Assembly (NCBI GenBank): GCA_019358915.1
Contig: JAHHIM010000005.1
Coordinates: forward strand, 96,001-160,000
Direction of reading: 5' to 3'
Source of the DNA: Trichormus sp. ATA11-4-KO1
Lineage (GTDB): Bacteria > Cyanobacteriota > Cyanobacteriia > Cyanobacteriales > Nostocaceae
DNA: 64,000 nt
The translations under genes and the position numbers were made by a program. Shown here in pieces: positions 41,842 to 52,786 of the stretch (position 1 is its first letter; every line of letters starts with the position of its first letter). The notes below the pieces were generated by a model that saw only the letters and a program-made list of their open reading frames with translations, was not told the origin of the DNA and made no database searches.

Positions 41842-41880
41842 AAACCGACACCAGAATTGCAAACAGGAATAGCGATCGCT
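41842..41880 (+). repeat. Diverged duplicate of the nirB 3' end
   Basis: 33/39 nt identical to 41267-41305, both ending in GCGATCGCT (KPTPELQTGIAIA vs KLSPDLQQGIAIA). Confidence 0.8.
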
Positions 41881-41972
41881 AAAGGTAAAACACCATAATT
41901 TCCCCTGATCTCTAAGAATAAGTGGCATCTTCGCAGATTTTATCGTGGAAAATCGAACTCAGTCAAAATATC

Positions 41973-42749
41973 CTAAGTTTTAAACTGTTTTGCCAACATA
42001 TTCAACAGAATTTTTCGTGGTACTAATCGAGCTAATGTACTTCTGATTTGAGTTTTCATGTCACCCATAACAATGGTTGGTTGACAATTTTCTAAAGCTT
42101 TTAATGATGCACGCACAACTTTTTCTGAAGAATAAGCCTTATCTGTGTTTCCTGCTAAAGCTGGAGGAAAGTTAGCTTCAACAAAAAAGTTGGTTTCTAT
42201 TGGACCTGGACAAGTAACTAAAACACGGACACCATAGTGACGATTTTCTGCCCACAGTGCTTCACTGAAACTGAGAATAAAAGCTTTACTAGCAGCATAT
42301 ACCGAAAGATATGGTATCGGTTGAAATGCCGTAATCGAAGATACATTAATAATACTGCCAGAACGACGTTGCCGCATTAGAGGTAGAAATTTATGTGTTA
42401 AATCTACCAATGCCAAAATGTTGAGTTGTACAATTTTAACTTGCCGTTCTCTGTCGCTTTCGGCAAAGTCACCGTAGTCACCAAAACCAGCATTATTGAT
42501 TAATAAATCAATCGTTAATCCCTTAGCTTTAGTAGCATCAAAGACAGCAGCAGGTGCATTAGGCTCGGTCAGGTCTTTAACTATCACATCTACTTGAATT
42601 GTGTATTGCTCTTGTAATTTTTTTGCTAGTTGATTAAGTTTTTCTCCAGAGCGAGAAACAAGCACCAGATTTGTCTTCCGTGCAGCTAGTTCTTGGGCAA
42701 AGGCTTTGCCAATACCACTAGATGCACCAGTAATTAAAGCAGTTACCAT
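41973..42749 (-). CDS. SDR-family oxidoreductase
   Basis: TGASSGIG, NNAG and YAASK motifs. Confidence 0.92.
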   Translation of the reverse strand: MVTALITGASSGIGKAFAQELAARKTNLVLVSRSGEKLNQLAKKLQEQYTIQVDVIVKDLTEPNAPAAVFDATKAKGLTIDLLINNAGFGDYGDFAESDRERQVKIVQLNILALVDLTHKFLPLMRQRRSGSIINVSSITAFQPIPYLSVYAASKAFILSFSEALWAENRHYGVRVLVTCPGPIETNFFVEANFPPALAGNTDKAYSSEKVVRASLKALENCQPTIVMGDMKTQIRSTLARLVPRKILLNMLAKQFKT

Positions 42750-43018
42750 TCTAAATGTTAAGGATATTATGATTAACCTTATAAATTTTACCAATAGTTA
42801 TCACAGCTTTTAACTATCTCAAGTAACTTAAAATGAAGCACAAAAAAATACTCAATATTCAGTTATGACCTACGCAGAAGTAATGTCAGAATAAACTTGT
42901 CAAGACATCAATAACACGAATTTAATCAGAGTTGGAAAGATTTATTAGACAAATTTTGTCGGTGTATGTTTCTAGTGGGGAATGGGAATACTAAATTTAT
43001 AAGTTACAGTTCATATCT

Positions 43019-43423
43019 ATGTATCGTCTCAATCAAAGAGCTTGGCAAATTTTGCATAGTGAAGTTCAAAAGTGTAGTGGTGATGACCAAGTAAGTAGAA
43101 TTGAGCAGGAAATCGTCATTGAACGACTAAAAAAACTGCGCTCAGAAAAAGGTTCTCCTGCTGGGTTAGATGAACTGCGCGATACAGTTATAGATATTTA
43201 TCCACAATTTAGCGAAAAAACTCTTAAACAAGCTGTACAAGCTAATCAACCACCTGGTGTTTTTCCCAAAATTAAATGGGCAACTATCTTCTTAAGCAGT
43301 TCAGTTGGGGTACTGTGGGTAGTAAATTTGCCTTATCCGATGATTCGCTGGCCTGTGGCTAAAACTGCCTACGCAGAAGCCCAACAACTGCTTTTGTCAG
43401 CACAGAACAAGCTCAAACAGTAG
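43019..43423 (+). CDS. Hypothetical membrane protein, possibly internally deleted
   Basis: 134-aa ORF with one TM. The sequence character changes abruptly after LPYPMIRWPVAKTA. Confidence 0.55.
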   Translation: MYRLNQRAWQILHSEVQKCSGDDQVSRIEQEIVIERLKKLRSEKGSPAGLDELRDTVIDIYPQFSEKTLKQAVQANQPPGVFPKIKWATIFLSSSVGVLWVVNLPYPMIRWPVAKTAYAEAQQLLLSAQNKLKQ

Positions 43424-43513
43424 GTATTATGTTGCATGTCTACGCTTGACTGCATGAGCAATAATATTGCTTTGCTATAAAATATATGTTATTTTAAGTA
43501 ATTGTGTGGTTAA

Positions 43514-43587
<74 letters not shown>

Positions 43588-43755
43588 TTCAGAAAATAGT
43601 TAACGTCATCTTTAACAAATTCCTGTCACAATTAACGCATTATTTGACGATAGGTAGTTTGCAGACCCCATATCAAAGGTGAATTGCTAATGAACTCAGA
43701 CAAAATCGCGTTGCTCCCTCACTAAGAAGCAGAATTTAAGTCAGGAGAAAGTTAA

Positions 43756-44613
43756 GTGATTCGACTCGATAATCATGTAGCTATTATCACTGGAAGTGGG
43801 CGAGGTTTGGGGGCAGCCTATGCCCGTCTGCTGGCGGAAAGAGGAGCGCGTGTCGTTGTGCATGACGCAGGCGTCAACAAAGATGGAACCGGATTCGATC
43901 CGAACGTGGCGGCTGATGCTGCAAGCAGGATTCGAGAAGCAGGTGGAGTTGCGTTTCCAAGCAACGTAATCCTTGATAGTAGAGATAACTGCCACAGTCT
44001 AGTGGAAACTACGCTAGAGAAGTTTGGTCGCCTCGATATCTTGATCCACAATGCGGGATGGGTTGCCTATCAGTCAGTGCAAGAACTAACGCCTGATTTT
44101 CTACAGCGCGCCATCAGCATTAATTTAGAGGCACCAACATGGCTGGCTCAAGCCGCCTTTCCGATTATGAAACAGCAAAACTACGGACGGATTGTGCTTA
44201 CGACTTCGGATAGAGCTATTTATCAGCAATATGCACTCAGTGGTCTCGCCTCTTATGCTATGGGAAAAATGGCACAGATCGGTTTGATGAATGTGCTCGC
44301 GGTTGAAGGCAAAGAGCATGGAATTCTCGTTAATGCGATTTCGCCAGTAGCCAAAACGCGGATGTGGAACATCCAAGATCAGCCAGAGGATTTGCAACCC
44401 GATCAAGTAGCCCCCGGAGTGTTATATCTTGCTTCTTCAGAATGCCGAGAGTCTGGATTTATATTAAGGGCAAGCAATGGTCAATTCACAGCCGCGCGCT
44501 GGATCGAGCGAGATAACGTTGACTATCCGTTAAACCTTGCCGCGGTTGAAAGCTCTAGTGCAGAGGATTTGGCTACTCGCTGGCAGGAGGTTGTTGCGGA
44601 TGTTGCGTTTTAA
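43756..44613 (+). CDS. SDR-family oxidoreductase (MFE-2/3-hydroxyacyl-CoA dehydrogenase-like)
   Basis: TGSGRGLG, HNAG, YAMGK and VNAISP motifs; AGGAG RBS. Confidence 0.9.
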   Translation: MIRLDNHVAIITGSGRGLGAAYARLLAERGARVVVHDAGVNKDGTGFDPNVAADAASRIREAGGVAFPSNVILDSRDNCHSLVETTLEKFGRLDILIHNAGWVAYQSVQELTPDFLQRAISINLEAPTWLAQAAFPIMKQQNYGRIVLTTSDRAIYQQYALSGLASYAMGKMAQIGLMNVLAVEGKEHGILVNAISPVAKTRMWNIQDQPEDLQPDQVAPGVLYLASSECRESGFILRASNGQFTAARWIERDNVDYPLNLAAVESSSAEDLATRWQEVVADVAF

Positions 44614-44725
44614 GTACTGGGCTTGTACTTCGAGATGGTCTGTAGGGAAACAATTGAGGTTATTCGTGGGGGCATAGTTGAAAAATTGAAATTACCCATC
44701 GTAGGGATCGATGCCATCACGTTTA

Positions 44726-45100
44726 ATGGGTAGTAGGGAAAGGGATAGCAATATCCCTTTCCCCCCGACAAACCGGACATGCAAGTTAAGCAAGCATCCG
44801 GCTTTAGCAAATTATCGAGCTACCAAAGACTCAGTTCATCGTCGAGTTCAGAATTGAGTTAACGATGATTACGCTAAGATTGATTCTTCTTGGGGTGCAC
44901 TCATTTAGCACACCTTCTTTCCCTGACAAACATCCATCTATCTAGAGAACTGAATATTTGTGAGGAAACTACAGTCCGGTAATAGTTAGCGATTCCCCGA
45001 ATAATGGGGTTTAGCTTGTCTATGACAAAATCAACACTACAGCTAGTAGTATCTAACCAAACTTGTTTGATTTTATTTCGGACATTAAAAATGCTTTCAA
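44726..45100 (-). mobile_element. Group II intron remnant (maturase domain X fragment plus ribozyme domains V and VI)
   Basis: Minus strand translates ESIFNVRNKIKQVW..KLNPIIRGIANYYRTVVSSQIFSSLDRWMF..AK*VHPKK. DV is AAGCCGGATGCTTGCTTAACTTGCATGTCCGGTTT (44804-44770), and the DVI hairpin ends CTACCCAT. Confidence 0.85.
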
Positions 45101-45170
45101 TAGGAAAAAAATTTAATTTTCAAAGTTTGGTTATTAATGACGCAGACAGCAACATATCAGACGGAAATTT

Positions 45171-45419
45171 TCAAGTCGGCACTAATTCACCAGGACGCAA
45201 TTTCGACCATTTACCCATTTCTTTCTTAAAGCTGAGACAACCAACAACATCCCATTCCATCTCAATCACATCTTCCTTGGTGCGGATGTTGACATTGATG
45301 GAGGGTTCATTGGGGTTAAATGTGGGATCTTCAGTCAAGTGGGGCTGTTGGTGTTGTGCTTCTACGGCATGGTAGGTTTCACAACGGTCTACATAGTGGC
45401 AGTTCACACAAATACACAT
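45171..45419 (-). CDS. ycf34: Ycf34 family protein
   Basis: MCICVNCHYVDRCETYHAVE and EWDVVGC motifs. Confidence 0.95.
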   Translation of the reverse strand: MCICVNCHYVDRCETYHAVEAQHQQPHLTEDPTFNPNEPSINVNIRTKEDVIEMEWDVVGCLSFKKEMGKWSKLRPGELVPT

Positions 45420-45509
45420 GATAGAACCAACTCCAGGAACCTTTCTTTATTGTTAATCTAACTTAAGCTCAGCTTTTATTCATGAGCTGTTAGGTTGATT
45501 TTTATTACA

Positions 45510-46793
45510 ATGTACGGTTCAATTTATCCTACTTTAGTTCCCGCAAATTGGCCTTTTAGCTTGGAATGGTTGCCACAACCTGCTTACATGGTTGGTGGTG
45601 CAGTGCGGGATGCGCTGCTTAAAAGAAGTCGTGAATATCTGGATTTAGATTTTATTATCTCATCGGATGCGGTCAAGGTGGCAAAGGCGATCGCTCGTCA
45701 TTATCAAGCTGGTTTTGTCTTACTCGATGCACAACGAAAAATCGCTCGTGTGGTATTTCCCGAAGCAACGGCTGATTTTGCGCAACAAGAAGGGGATAGT
45801 TTAGCAAATGACTTGCATAGAAGAGATTTTACAATTAATGCGATCGCCTATAATCCCCACACCCAAGAAATCATCGATCCTCTGCAAGGTTATGCAGATT
45901 TACAACAAGGTTTGTTGCGAATGATATCACCAGCCAACCTAGAAGATGACCCTTTGCGGTTAATGCGCGCCTATCGCCAAGCCGCACAACTTGGTTTTAC
46001 TATTGAACCTGTCACCCAAGCTACAATTCGTTCTTTAGCATCACAAATAACGCAAGTTGCAGCCGAACGAGTGCGAGTAGAAATTGGCTATCTGTTGGCA
46101 AATTCTCAAGGTACTCCCTGGATAACAAGTGCGGGGGAAGATGGTTTACTTGCACCTTTCTTCAAAAATGCTACGGCTGAAAGCTTCCACAAACTCGCAG
46201 CAGTAGACACAGTAGCGACCTTACTGGTAAAAAATTGGCCCCAACTAAGTGTAGAACTGCAACAATACGTGCGCGATACAGTCAAAACTACTTGGTTAGG
46301 TATGACAAAACTTGCTTGTCTGGTTCACCCAAATCCAGAAGTTGCCGAAATAGAATTACAGGAACTAACATACAGCCGTGCGGAAATTCGAGCTGTTACC
46401 ACTGCGCTGAAACTGCTACCGCAGATAAAATCAGCGAGTATGTCAATCCGAGAACAATATTTCTTGTTCCAAGAAGCGGGGATTGTATTTCCGGCTATAG
46501 TAGTTTTAGCCTTAGTAGATAATACTTTGGTAGAGGCGATGTCTGGTGACAAGTTGCTACGCGCTTACGCACCTTTGATCAGCCGCTACCTTAACCCTGA
46601 TGATCTGGTCGCTCATCCCACTCAGCTAGTAAGTGGTAAGAAGCTAATTATAACCCTAAATATTCCGGCTTCGCCAGTAATAGGCGAATTGCTCACAGAA
46701 ATTGCCATAGCGCAAGCTGAGGGGAAAGTTTCCACAGCAGCAGAGGCTATAGAGTATGCACGTCAGTTGCTTGAGGGTGAGATTTTCGGCTGA
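45510..46793 (+). CDS. tRNA nucleotidyltransferase (CCA-adding/poly(A) polymerase family)
   Basis: VGGAVRD, DLD, DLHRRDFTINA and DDPLRLMRAYR motifs. Confidence 0.9.
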   Translation: MYGSIYPTLVPANWPFSLEWLPQPAYMVGGAVRDALLKRSREYLDLDFIISSDAVKVAKAIARHYQAGFVLLDAQRKIARVVFPEATADFAQQEGDSLANDLHRRDFTINAIAYNPHTQEIIDPLQGYADLQQGLLRMISPANLEDDPLRLMRAYRQAAQLGFTIEPVTQATIRSLASQITQVAAERVRVEIGYLLANSQGTPWITSAGEDGLLAPFFKNATAESFHKLAAVDTVATLLVKNWPQLSVELQQYVRDTVKTTWLGMTKLACLVHPNPEVAEIELQELTYSRAEIRAVTTALKLLPQIKSASMSIREQYFLFQEAGIVFPAIVVLALVDNTLVEAMSGDKLLRAYAPLISRYLNPDDLVAHPTQLVSGKKLIITLNIPASPVIGELLTEIAIAQAEGKVSTAAEAIEYARQLLEGEIFG

Positions 46794-46827
46794 CGGGGAA
46801 CTGAATCAGCCGGAATCTGATTGTTAT

Positions 46828-48192
46828 TTATTTCACGCGAGTTGCTCTATTTACACTACCAACTTCCATATCCCGGACTTTTTTACTGCGCCAGAGTAAA
46901 CGGATGGGTGTGCCTTTAAATCCTAGTTGTTGGCGGAATTGCCTTTCGATGTAGCGACGGTAGTTGTCGTTAAAGCGTTTGGCTTCATTGACGAATAAAG
47001 CGATCGTTGGGGGTTGGGTACTTACTTGCGTACCATAATAGATTTTACCTTGTCTTCCACCCCGTGATGCTGGCGGTGAATGCCAACTTACGGCGTCTGT
47101 GAGGACTTCGTTAATTACAGATGTGCTGACACGGCGTTTGTGTGACTCGGCCGCTTGATTCACTAACTCTAAAATCTTTTCTACCCGTTTTCCTGTGGTA
47201 GCACTGACAAAAATGGTTTCTGCCCATTCAGTAAAATGTAACCGGGCTTCTAGAGTTTTTTCGTAGTCATAGATAGTGTAAGAGTCTTTTTCAACAGCAT
47301 CCCATTTATTGACAACGATGATACAAGCTCGACCTTCATCAATAATTCGTCCGGCTAATTTTTGGTCTTGGTCGGTGACGCCATCTAAAGCATCTATGAC
47401 CAATAAAACTACATCAGCGCGACGAATAGCTTTGAAGGCACGGTTAATACTAAAAAATTCTGTACCGTATTCTATTTGTTTCTTTCTGCGAATACCGGCG
47501 GTGTCAATCAAGCGATAAATTTGTCCCTCTCGTTCTACGACGGTATCAATGGCATCGCGAGTTGTGCCGGAAATGGGACTGACGATCGCTCTTTCTTCGC
47601 CGACAAAAGCATTTAACAAACTCGATTTGCCGACATTGGGGCGACCAACAATGGCAACTTTGATTTCGTTAGTTTCCGGTATTTCCGTGACGGCGGGAAT
47701 GTGATTAATTAACTCGTCGAGTAATTCTCCTGTACCACTGCCATGAATGGCGGAAATGGGGAACGGTTCACCTAATCCTAGTTCCCAAAATTCGGCGGCT
47801 TGAATTGCGCCTTGTTCTGGAGATTCACATTTATTGACAGCCAACAATACAGGAACGGGTTGTTGGCGTAACCATTCGGCAATTTCTTGATCAGCCGCAT
47901 TCAGTCCGGCTTGACCATCGACTACAAAGATGGCAGCACTGGCTTCTGTAAGGGCTGTTAGTGCCTGTTGGCGAATCAGTGGTAAGAATTCAGTATCGTC
48001 GTTAAAGACTAAGCCGCCTGTATCTACCACTAAAAATTCGCGATCGCTCCAGTAAGCCGGCATGTAAGTGCGATCGCGTGTCACACCCGGTTCATCATGA
48101 ACAATCGCCGTTTGTTCCCCGGCGAGACGATTAACCAGGGTGGATTTGCCCACATTTGGGCGTCCGATAATAGCAACGATTGGCAGTCTCAT
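46828..48192 (-). CDS. der: Ribosome biogenesis GTPase Der (EngA)
   Basis: Two GRPNVGKS G-domains plus a KH-like tail. Confidence 0.97.
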   Translation of the reverse strand: MRLPIVAIIGRPNVGKSTLVNRLAGEQTAIVHDEPGVTRDRTYMPAYWSDREFLVVDTGGLVFNDDTEFLPLIRQQALTALTEASAAIFVVDGQAGLNAADQEIAEWLRQQPVPVLLAVNKCESPEQGAIQAAEFWELGLGEPFPISAIHGSGTGELLDELINHIPAVTEIPETNEIKVAIVGRPNVGKSSLLNAFVGEERAIVSPISGTTRDAIDTVVEREGQIYRLIDTAGIRRKKQIEYGTEFFSINRAFKAIRRADVVLLVIDALDGVTDQDQKLAGRIIDEGRACIIVVNKWDAVEKDSYTIYDYEKTLEARLHFTEWAETIFVSATTGKRVEKILELVNQAAESHKRRVSTSVINEVLTDAVSWHSPPASRGGRQGKIYYGTQVSTQPPTIALFVNEAKRFNDNYRRYIERQFRQQLGFKGTPIRLLWRSKKVRDMEVGSVNRATRVK

Positions 48193-48349
48193 AAAACCAG
48201 GGTGAGTGAGAGAGATAGTATATCACCTCTCTACATTTTAGCTACTTTAATTCTTTATTTAATTTCTCAACCCCTCTAATGATTCACTGCCAAATTTAAA
48301 GAAATAGCATAACGGAAAATCTGGCAGTCACGTTGCAGGAGTTTGTGCC

Positions 48350-49216
48350 TTGAGAAATCGTAAGTGGCTGAAAAAAGCCAGTCGCTCAGCCTTTCGATGT
48401 TTGGGATGGTGCTTTCTGTTAGGCTGTTGTACTTTACTATACGCTAAGTTGATTGAACCGAATTGGATTGAGATCAATTCTTTGCAATTAACTTTACCTC
48501 ATCTCTCTGCGGAATTTAATGGCTATCGCATTGTGCAAATTAGCGATATTCATCGAGATAGATGGATGAATCCCCGGCGTTTAAGGCGGATTGTGCGTTT
48601 AGTTAACCATCAAGAACCAGATTTAGTGGCGATTACAGGTGATTTAATCACTCGTAATTTGCCGCAATTAATTCCGTCTTTGGGTACGACTTTGGGAGAG
48701 TTAACACCTAAAGATGGGACTTTTGTAATTCTAGGCAATCATGACCACGAAAACGATACCAAGGCAATTATACAAGGATTAGAACAGCATGGTCTAGTTC
48801 ATCTTGGTAATGACGTTTACACCTTAAAGCGTGGCAAGGAGTCATTACACATAGCTGGGGTCGATGATGTTGGCATGGGTAAAGACCGCTTAGATTTGGT
48901 GTTAAAGAAGTTGCCTGATTGGGGTGCAGCAGTTTTACTGGCACATGAACCAGATTTTGCGAACAAGAGTGCTACTACCAGGCGGTTTGATTTGCAACTA
49001 TCGGGGCATTCTCACGGTGGACAGGTACGTTTGCCTTTTTTCCAGCCTCCGGTTTTACCGCCTTGGGGTAAAAAGTATTATTTAGGACGTTATCAAGTAG
49101 GAGAGATGCTGCTATACACCAACCGTGGCTTAGGGATGACAGGAATACATCTGCGCTTTTTTGCTCGTCCTGAGATTACGGTGTTTACTTTAGTTTCACC
49201 TATGCGTGACCAGTGA
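48350..49216 (+). CDS. Metallophosphoesterase (YkuE-like)
   Basis: SDIH, TGD, GNHD, HEPD and GHSHGGQ motifs. Confidence 0.9.
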   Translation: MRNRKWLKKASRSAFRCLGWCFLLGCCTLLYAKLIEPNWIEINSLQLTLPHLSAEFNGYRIVQISDIHRDRWMNPRRLRRIVRLVNHQEPDLVAITGDLITRNLPQLIPSLGTTLGELTPKDGTFVILGNHDHENDTKAIIQGLEQHGLVHLGNDVYTLKRGKESLHIAGVDDVGMGKDRLDLVLKKLPDWGAAVLLAHEPDFANKSATTRRFDLQLSGHSHGGQVRLPFFQPPVLPPWGKKYYLGRYQVGEMLLYTNRGLGMTGIHLRFFARPEITVFTLVSPMRDQ

Positions 49217-49358
49217 GGATAATAGTGACGCTGGGAATTAACGCCTACTGAGTTAGTTTGGGGGTGCATCGCCTGACACTACTTGGTGATCTTGTATGCT
49301 ACGACGAGTCTCACCTCACCTGAGGGTATACTTTCGTCATGGGGACAAGGGAATAACT

Positions 49359-49943
49359 ATGATCAAGCGAATGCCGATTTTACTGGGTCTTATATCTGCC
49401 TTATTATTGGCGATCGCATCTACATCACTAAGTATTTATTTGTACGGTCACAATAGTCATAATATCAAAGCAGATGCGGCAATTGTCCTAGGGGCAGCAG
49501 TTTGGGGAGAAGAACCATCTCCTGTTTTCCAAGAACGAATTAACCACGCTATTACTTTGTATAAAAATGGGAACGTTAGCACCATCATTTTTACTGGTGG
49601 TGTGGGCGAAAGTAATGAACCTGCCGAGGCCACAGTTGGTAAACTTTATGCGATCGCACAACAGGTGCAAGTAGGTGATATTCTTACCGAAACTCAATCT
49701 CGCACAACTCACCAGAACCTTAAAAATGCTTTGGAAGTAGCATCTACTTACAAATTAACGAAGTTTCTGATTGTCAGCGATCCATTACATATGAAACGAG
49801 CTGTGTTGATGGCACGAGACTTAAAAATGGATGCATATCCATCTCCTACACCTACAACCCGCTATCGTAGCTTCCACAGTCAAATGGAGTTTTTGATGCG
49901 GGAAACTTATTTTTACTTTGTCTATAGTATGTTAAAAATTTAA
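49359..49943 (+). CDS. YdcF/ElyC (DUF218) family protein
   Basis: AIVLGA, FTGG, SRTTHQN and SDPLHMKRA motifs. Confidence 0.88.
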   Translation: MIKRMPILLGLISALLLAIASTSLSIYLYGHNSHNIKADAAIVLGAAVWGEEPSPVFQERINHAITLYKNGNVSTIIFTGGVGESNEPAEATVGKLYAIAQQVQVGDILTETQSRTTHQNLKNALEVASTYKLTKFLIVSDPLHMKRAVLMARDLKMDAYPSPTPTTRYRSFHSQMEFLMRETYFYFVYSMLKI

Positions 49944-50073
49944 CTGCAAACTTAAAATATTTAAGATTTTTAAATACAAACAATTTCATCTCTTTCTCAG
50001 ACTAAGCAGCCTCAAACCGGAAGATAGGTCAAAGTAGTTGAATAATTACTAGTAACTGACCAAAAATTTTGCT

Positions 50074-50625
50074 GTGCTAATGAGAAATTGGGCTGCGACA
50101 ATAGTACTAACTTTTTCTTGGCTGATATCTGGGTTCATAGCTTCTAAAGCCCTCAATACTACTTTGGCAGCAGATTATGCTATGGCATCTTCTCAGTCAA
50201 TCTCTCAGTCAAGCAATACTAGACCGATTACAGTTAGTAAAGCTGAATTTGGAGTGCTAAGAATTGATTCTCAAGGTCAAGGTAAATTTACCCCTACCAA
50301 CAGAGTCATATTACATCAAAGTGGCAAATACGGGTGGCGGATTCAACTCAAAGATTACAAAGGTGAAGTGACATGGCGAGAAGTTTTGCAATTGCCAAAA
50401 CCGCCAGAAACCTGGGCTACGGATGATGGTGAAAATTTTTCATTATCAAAAGATGGCATTGAAGCTGTAACTACACGTACACAGTTTACTTCAGATGGTG
50501 TGATTGAAAATTTCTGGACAATTGTACCCGGTGATCCAGGTGGTAAGCACAGGATACAAGTTTACATTGATAATCGTCCGATTGCTACTTTCGATTTTGA
50601 AGTTATTTCCCTGAGAAAGCAATAG
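50074..50625 (+). CDS. Secreted hypothetical protein
   Basis: Signal-peptide-like N-terminus and beta-rich domain (YGWRI, WREVL, GDPGG). Confidence 0.75.
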   Translation: MLMRNWAATIVLTFSWLISGFIASKALNTTLAADYAMASSQSISQSSNTRPITVSKAEFGVLRIDSQGQGKFTPTNRVILHQSGKYGWRIQLKDYKGEVTWREVLQLPKPPETWATDDGENFSLSKDGIEAVTTRTQFTSDGVIENFWTIVPGDPGGKHRIQVYIDNRPIATFDFEVISLRKQ

Positions 50626-50774
50626 AATTTACTTGTTTGTGCCCTGGTTTTAATGTCAAAAGTTTATAAATTTCTCTCACAAATGAGAGAAATTTCTCTA
50701 CGAAACAATTTATCAAGTAAATCTTACAGATGTTTTATAAATGCTGATTTGATCCAAGGTTAAATTTAAATATT

Positions 50775-51533
50775 GTGACACAGAACAGGAGTATAGACAA
50801 GTTGTTCAAGCTTTCTCCCGAATCTCCTTTATTCCTTTTTTTAATCATTCTTAGTTTTTTAGTAGTAACTTTGTCAGCTTGGCTATCACCTCAACCGTTT
50901 ACTTTAAAGCCATTTGAACTAAATGATCTTATACAGTTACTCACATTACTCTTTTTCATTTCTTTATTATTAGAGCGATTCTTGGAAGTTTTGATCACTG
51001 CCTGGCGAGGACAAACAGCCGAACAATTAGACATAGCAATTCAGCATCACAATTTTTTAATTGCGCAAAAAAGAAGATTTATACAAGAACAACAAAAGCA
51101 AAATAAAATGACTTTTGTGGAATCTAATCAAATTAATCGGCTACCACCTGAAGGAGTTAGTTTAGAACAACAAATTATGCAAAATCAAGCAAATAACAAT
51201 TTGCAATTTGATGATTTAGATACTATCATCAATGAGCTAAATGAAAAAGAGCGTAAGAGAGTGGCGTATAAATCTGATACACGCATTATTGCTTTATGGA
51301 CATCTTTATTATTTGGTTTTTTAATAAGTGGAATAGGTGTTCGCTCAATTGAGCCACTGATAGTTATAGATTTACATTCTCCCACACAAATAATTGTTTT
51401 TAGGTGTTTAGATGCATTACTAACTGGAGGTGTAATTGCTGGAGGTAGTGAGGGTATACATAAACTTATACAAGTTTTTTTCAATTTCATAGAAGCTACT
51501 TCTAAACAAATTAAAAATCAGAATTTTTCTTAA
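50775..51533 (+). CDS. Hypothetical membrane protein (about 4 TM with central coiled coil)
   Basis: LLERFLEV and LLTGGVIAGGSEGIHKLI motifs. Confidence 0.75.
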   Translation: MTQNRSIDKLFKLSPESPLFLFLIILSFLVVTLSAWLSPQPFTLKPFELNDLIQLLTLLFFISLLLERFLEVLITAWRGQTAEQLDIAIQHHNFLIAQKRRFIQEQQKQNKMTFVESNQINRLPPEGVSLEQQIMQNQANNNLQFDDLDTIINELNEKERKRVAYKSDTRIIALWTSLLFGFLISGIGVRSIEPLIVIDLHSPTQIIVFRCLDALLTGGVIAGGSEGIHKLIQVFFNFIEATSKQIKNQNFS

Positions 51534-52272
51534 TGTGACCGAATTACTCCCTAATATTATTAGCTTATCAAAAAACCTTAATGTTGCTGAATCGGTATAT
51601 AAATTTAGATTTTCAAAATCACTAAATAATGATTTTTTGTACCTTTGCAAGTTCATCTTTAAGGAAGCCACCTCTTCTGCGGACTGTCTCACCAACGTAG
51701 TGGACTACCTTAACATCTACTCTATGAGAAGCCGCTCTGCATCTATGCATGTTAGCAAAGCGGGGCATAGCCAGGCTCATTCATACTTTCAATCAGTAAT
51801 GCCAAAAACCTTTAAGACTATTAGAGTTCTCTGTTGTGTGATCTAAAATATCAAGCATTTGAGACGCTAAAATTAGCTGACTGTATTATTCATTTACACT
51901 CAGGGGAGGTTTTTATGGGCAAGGGAGTAAAAGAGAACGGATGCAAGCCGACTATGAGCGCTAAATGAAGAAAAGTTATAGGCAAGGAAGCAGTAAAGAC
52001 TATAAGTCCTGGTTGCTCATCCGGGATGTTCCCTTGAAAGGTCGGTCTTTTAGAACCCATATTCAGAAAATTTTTCTCAATGGGTAAGCATTTCCAGTAA
52101 AATTGCTGTATTCTAGTTTCTGCCAAGTAGTTTTTCCAACACTAAAGTTTATAATAGCTTTTTGCGGATCTCTCTAAAGATTCTTGAAAGACTACATTAG
52201 TCTCTTTCAGAATCAATGTTAAGATTCTCGTTTTTTTAATGTCCAGTTTTCAAACCTCCAAATATCAAAGTT

Positions 52273-52536
52273 ATGAAACTAATCAAAAAGTCTGAAAAAC
52301 TCCTCCTGAATAAGATCAAGATTATGGAGGAAGCAGAAGAACAAAGTTTTCAAGCAGATACTCTTAATACCCCAGAAACTATGGTGGAAGAACATCAAGA
52401 ACTATATAGAGAAAATAGAGAACCTAACTATATTGCGGTGCGTGATCATCCTATAGTCCAATCTGTTGGCAACTCAGGTTGGCAGGTTTCTGAGATTTGG
52501 AAGGATGTGAGAGTGGATGATTTCTGTAGGGGATAG
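52273..52536 (+). CDS. Small acidic hypothetical protein
   Basis: 87-aa ORF (or 70 aa from ATG 52324) with protein-like composition, followed by a hairpin. Confidence 0.5.
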   Translation: MKLIKKSEKLLLNKIKIMEEAEEQSFQADTLNTPETMVEEHQELYRENREPNYIAVRDHPIVQSVGNSGWQVSEIWKDVRVDDFCRG

Positions 52537-52786
52537 AAATAAGTACCACCACTTAGGATATGAGGAGAAGCAGAAGGAAGATCACAAGCTTCCTTCCTGC
52601 TGTCTGTTGCTAAGTCTCTTTGGCGGAGAATTTTACCTGCGTTCTTAAATTCCCAACTGTCATAGCAGTGGAAGTGTCAAAAGTCCAGATTTTTGTTTTA
52701 GCAAAAGTTTTTTAGTAATTTTCTAGGCCTGGGTTTTTTTTGGTGCTAGGATCTACGACTATAGATAAAATAAAAGTGCTGTAGCT

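Noticed and set aside
45004..45375. 123-aa + strand ORF
   Set aside because: It is antisense to ycf34 and the intron maturase remnant.
51420..52126. ORFs of 91, 103 and 78 aa
   Set aside because: No motifs or clear RBS, and they partly overlap each other. They may be decayed sequence, but I could not assign a source.
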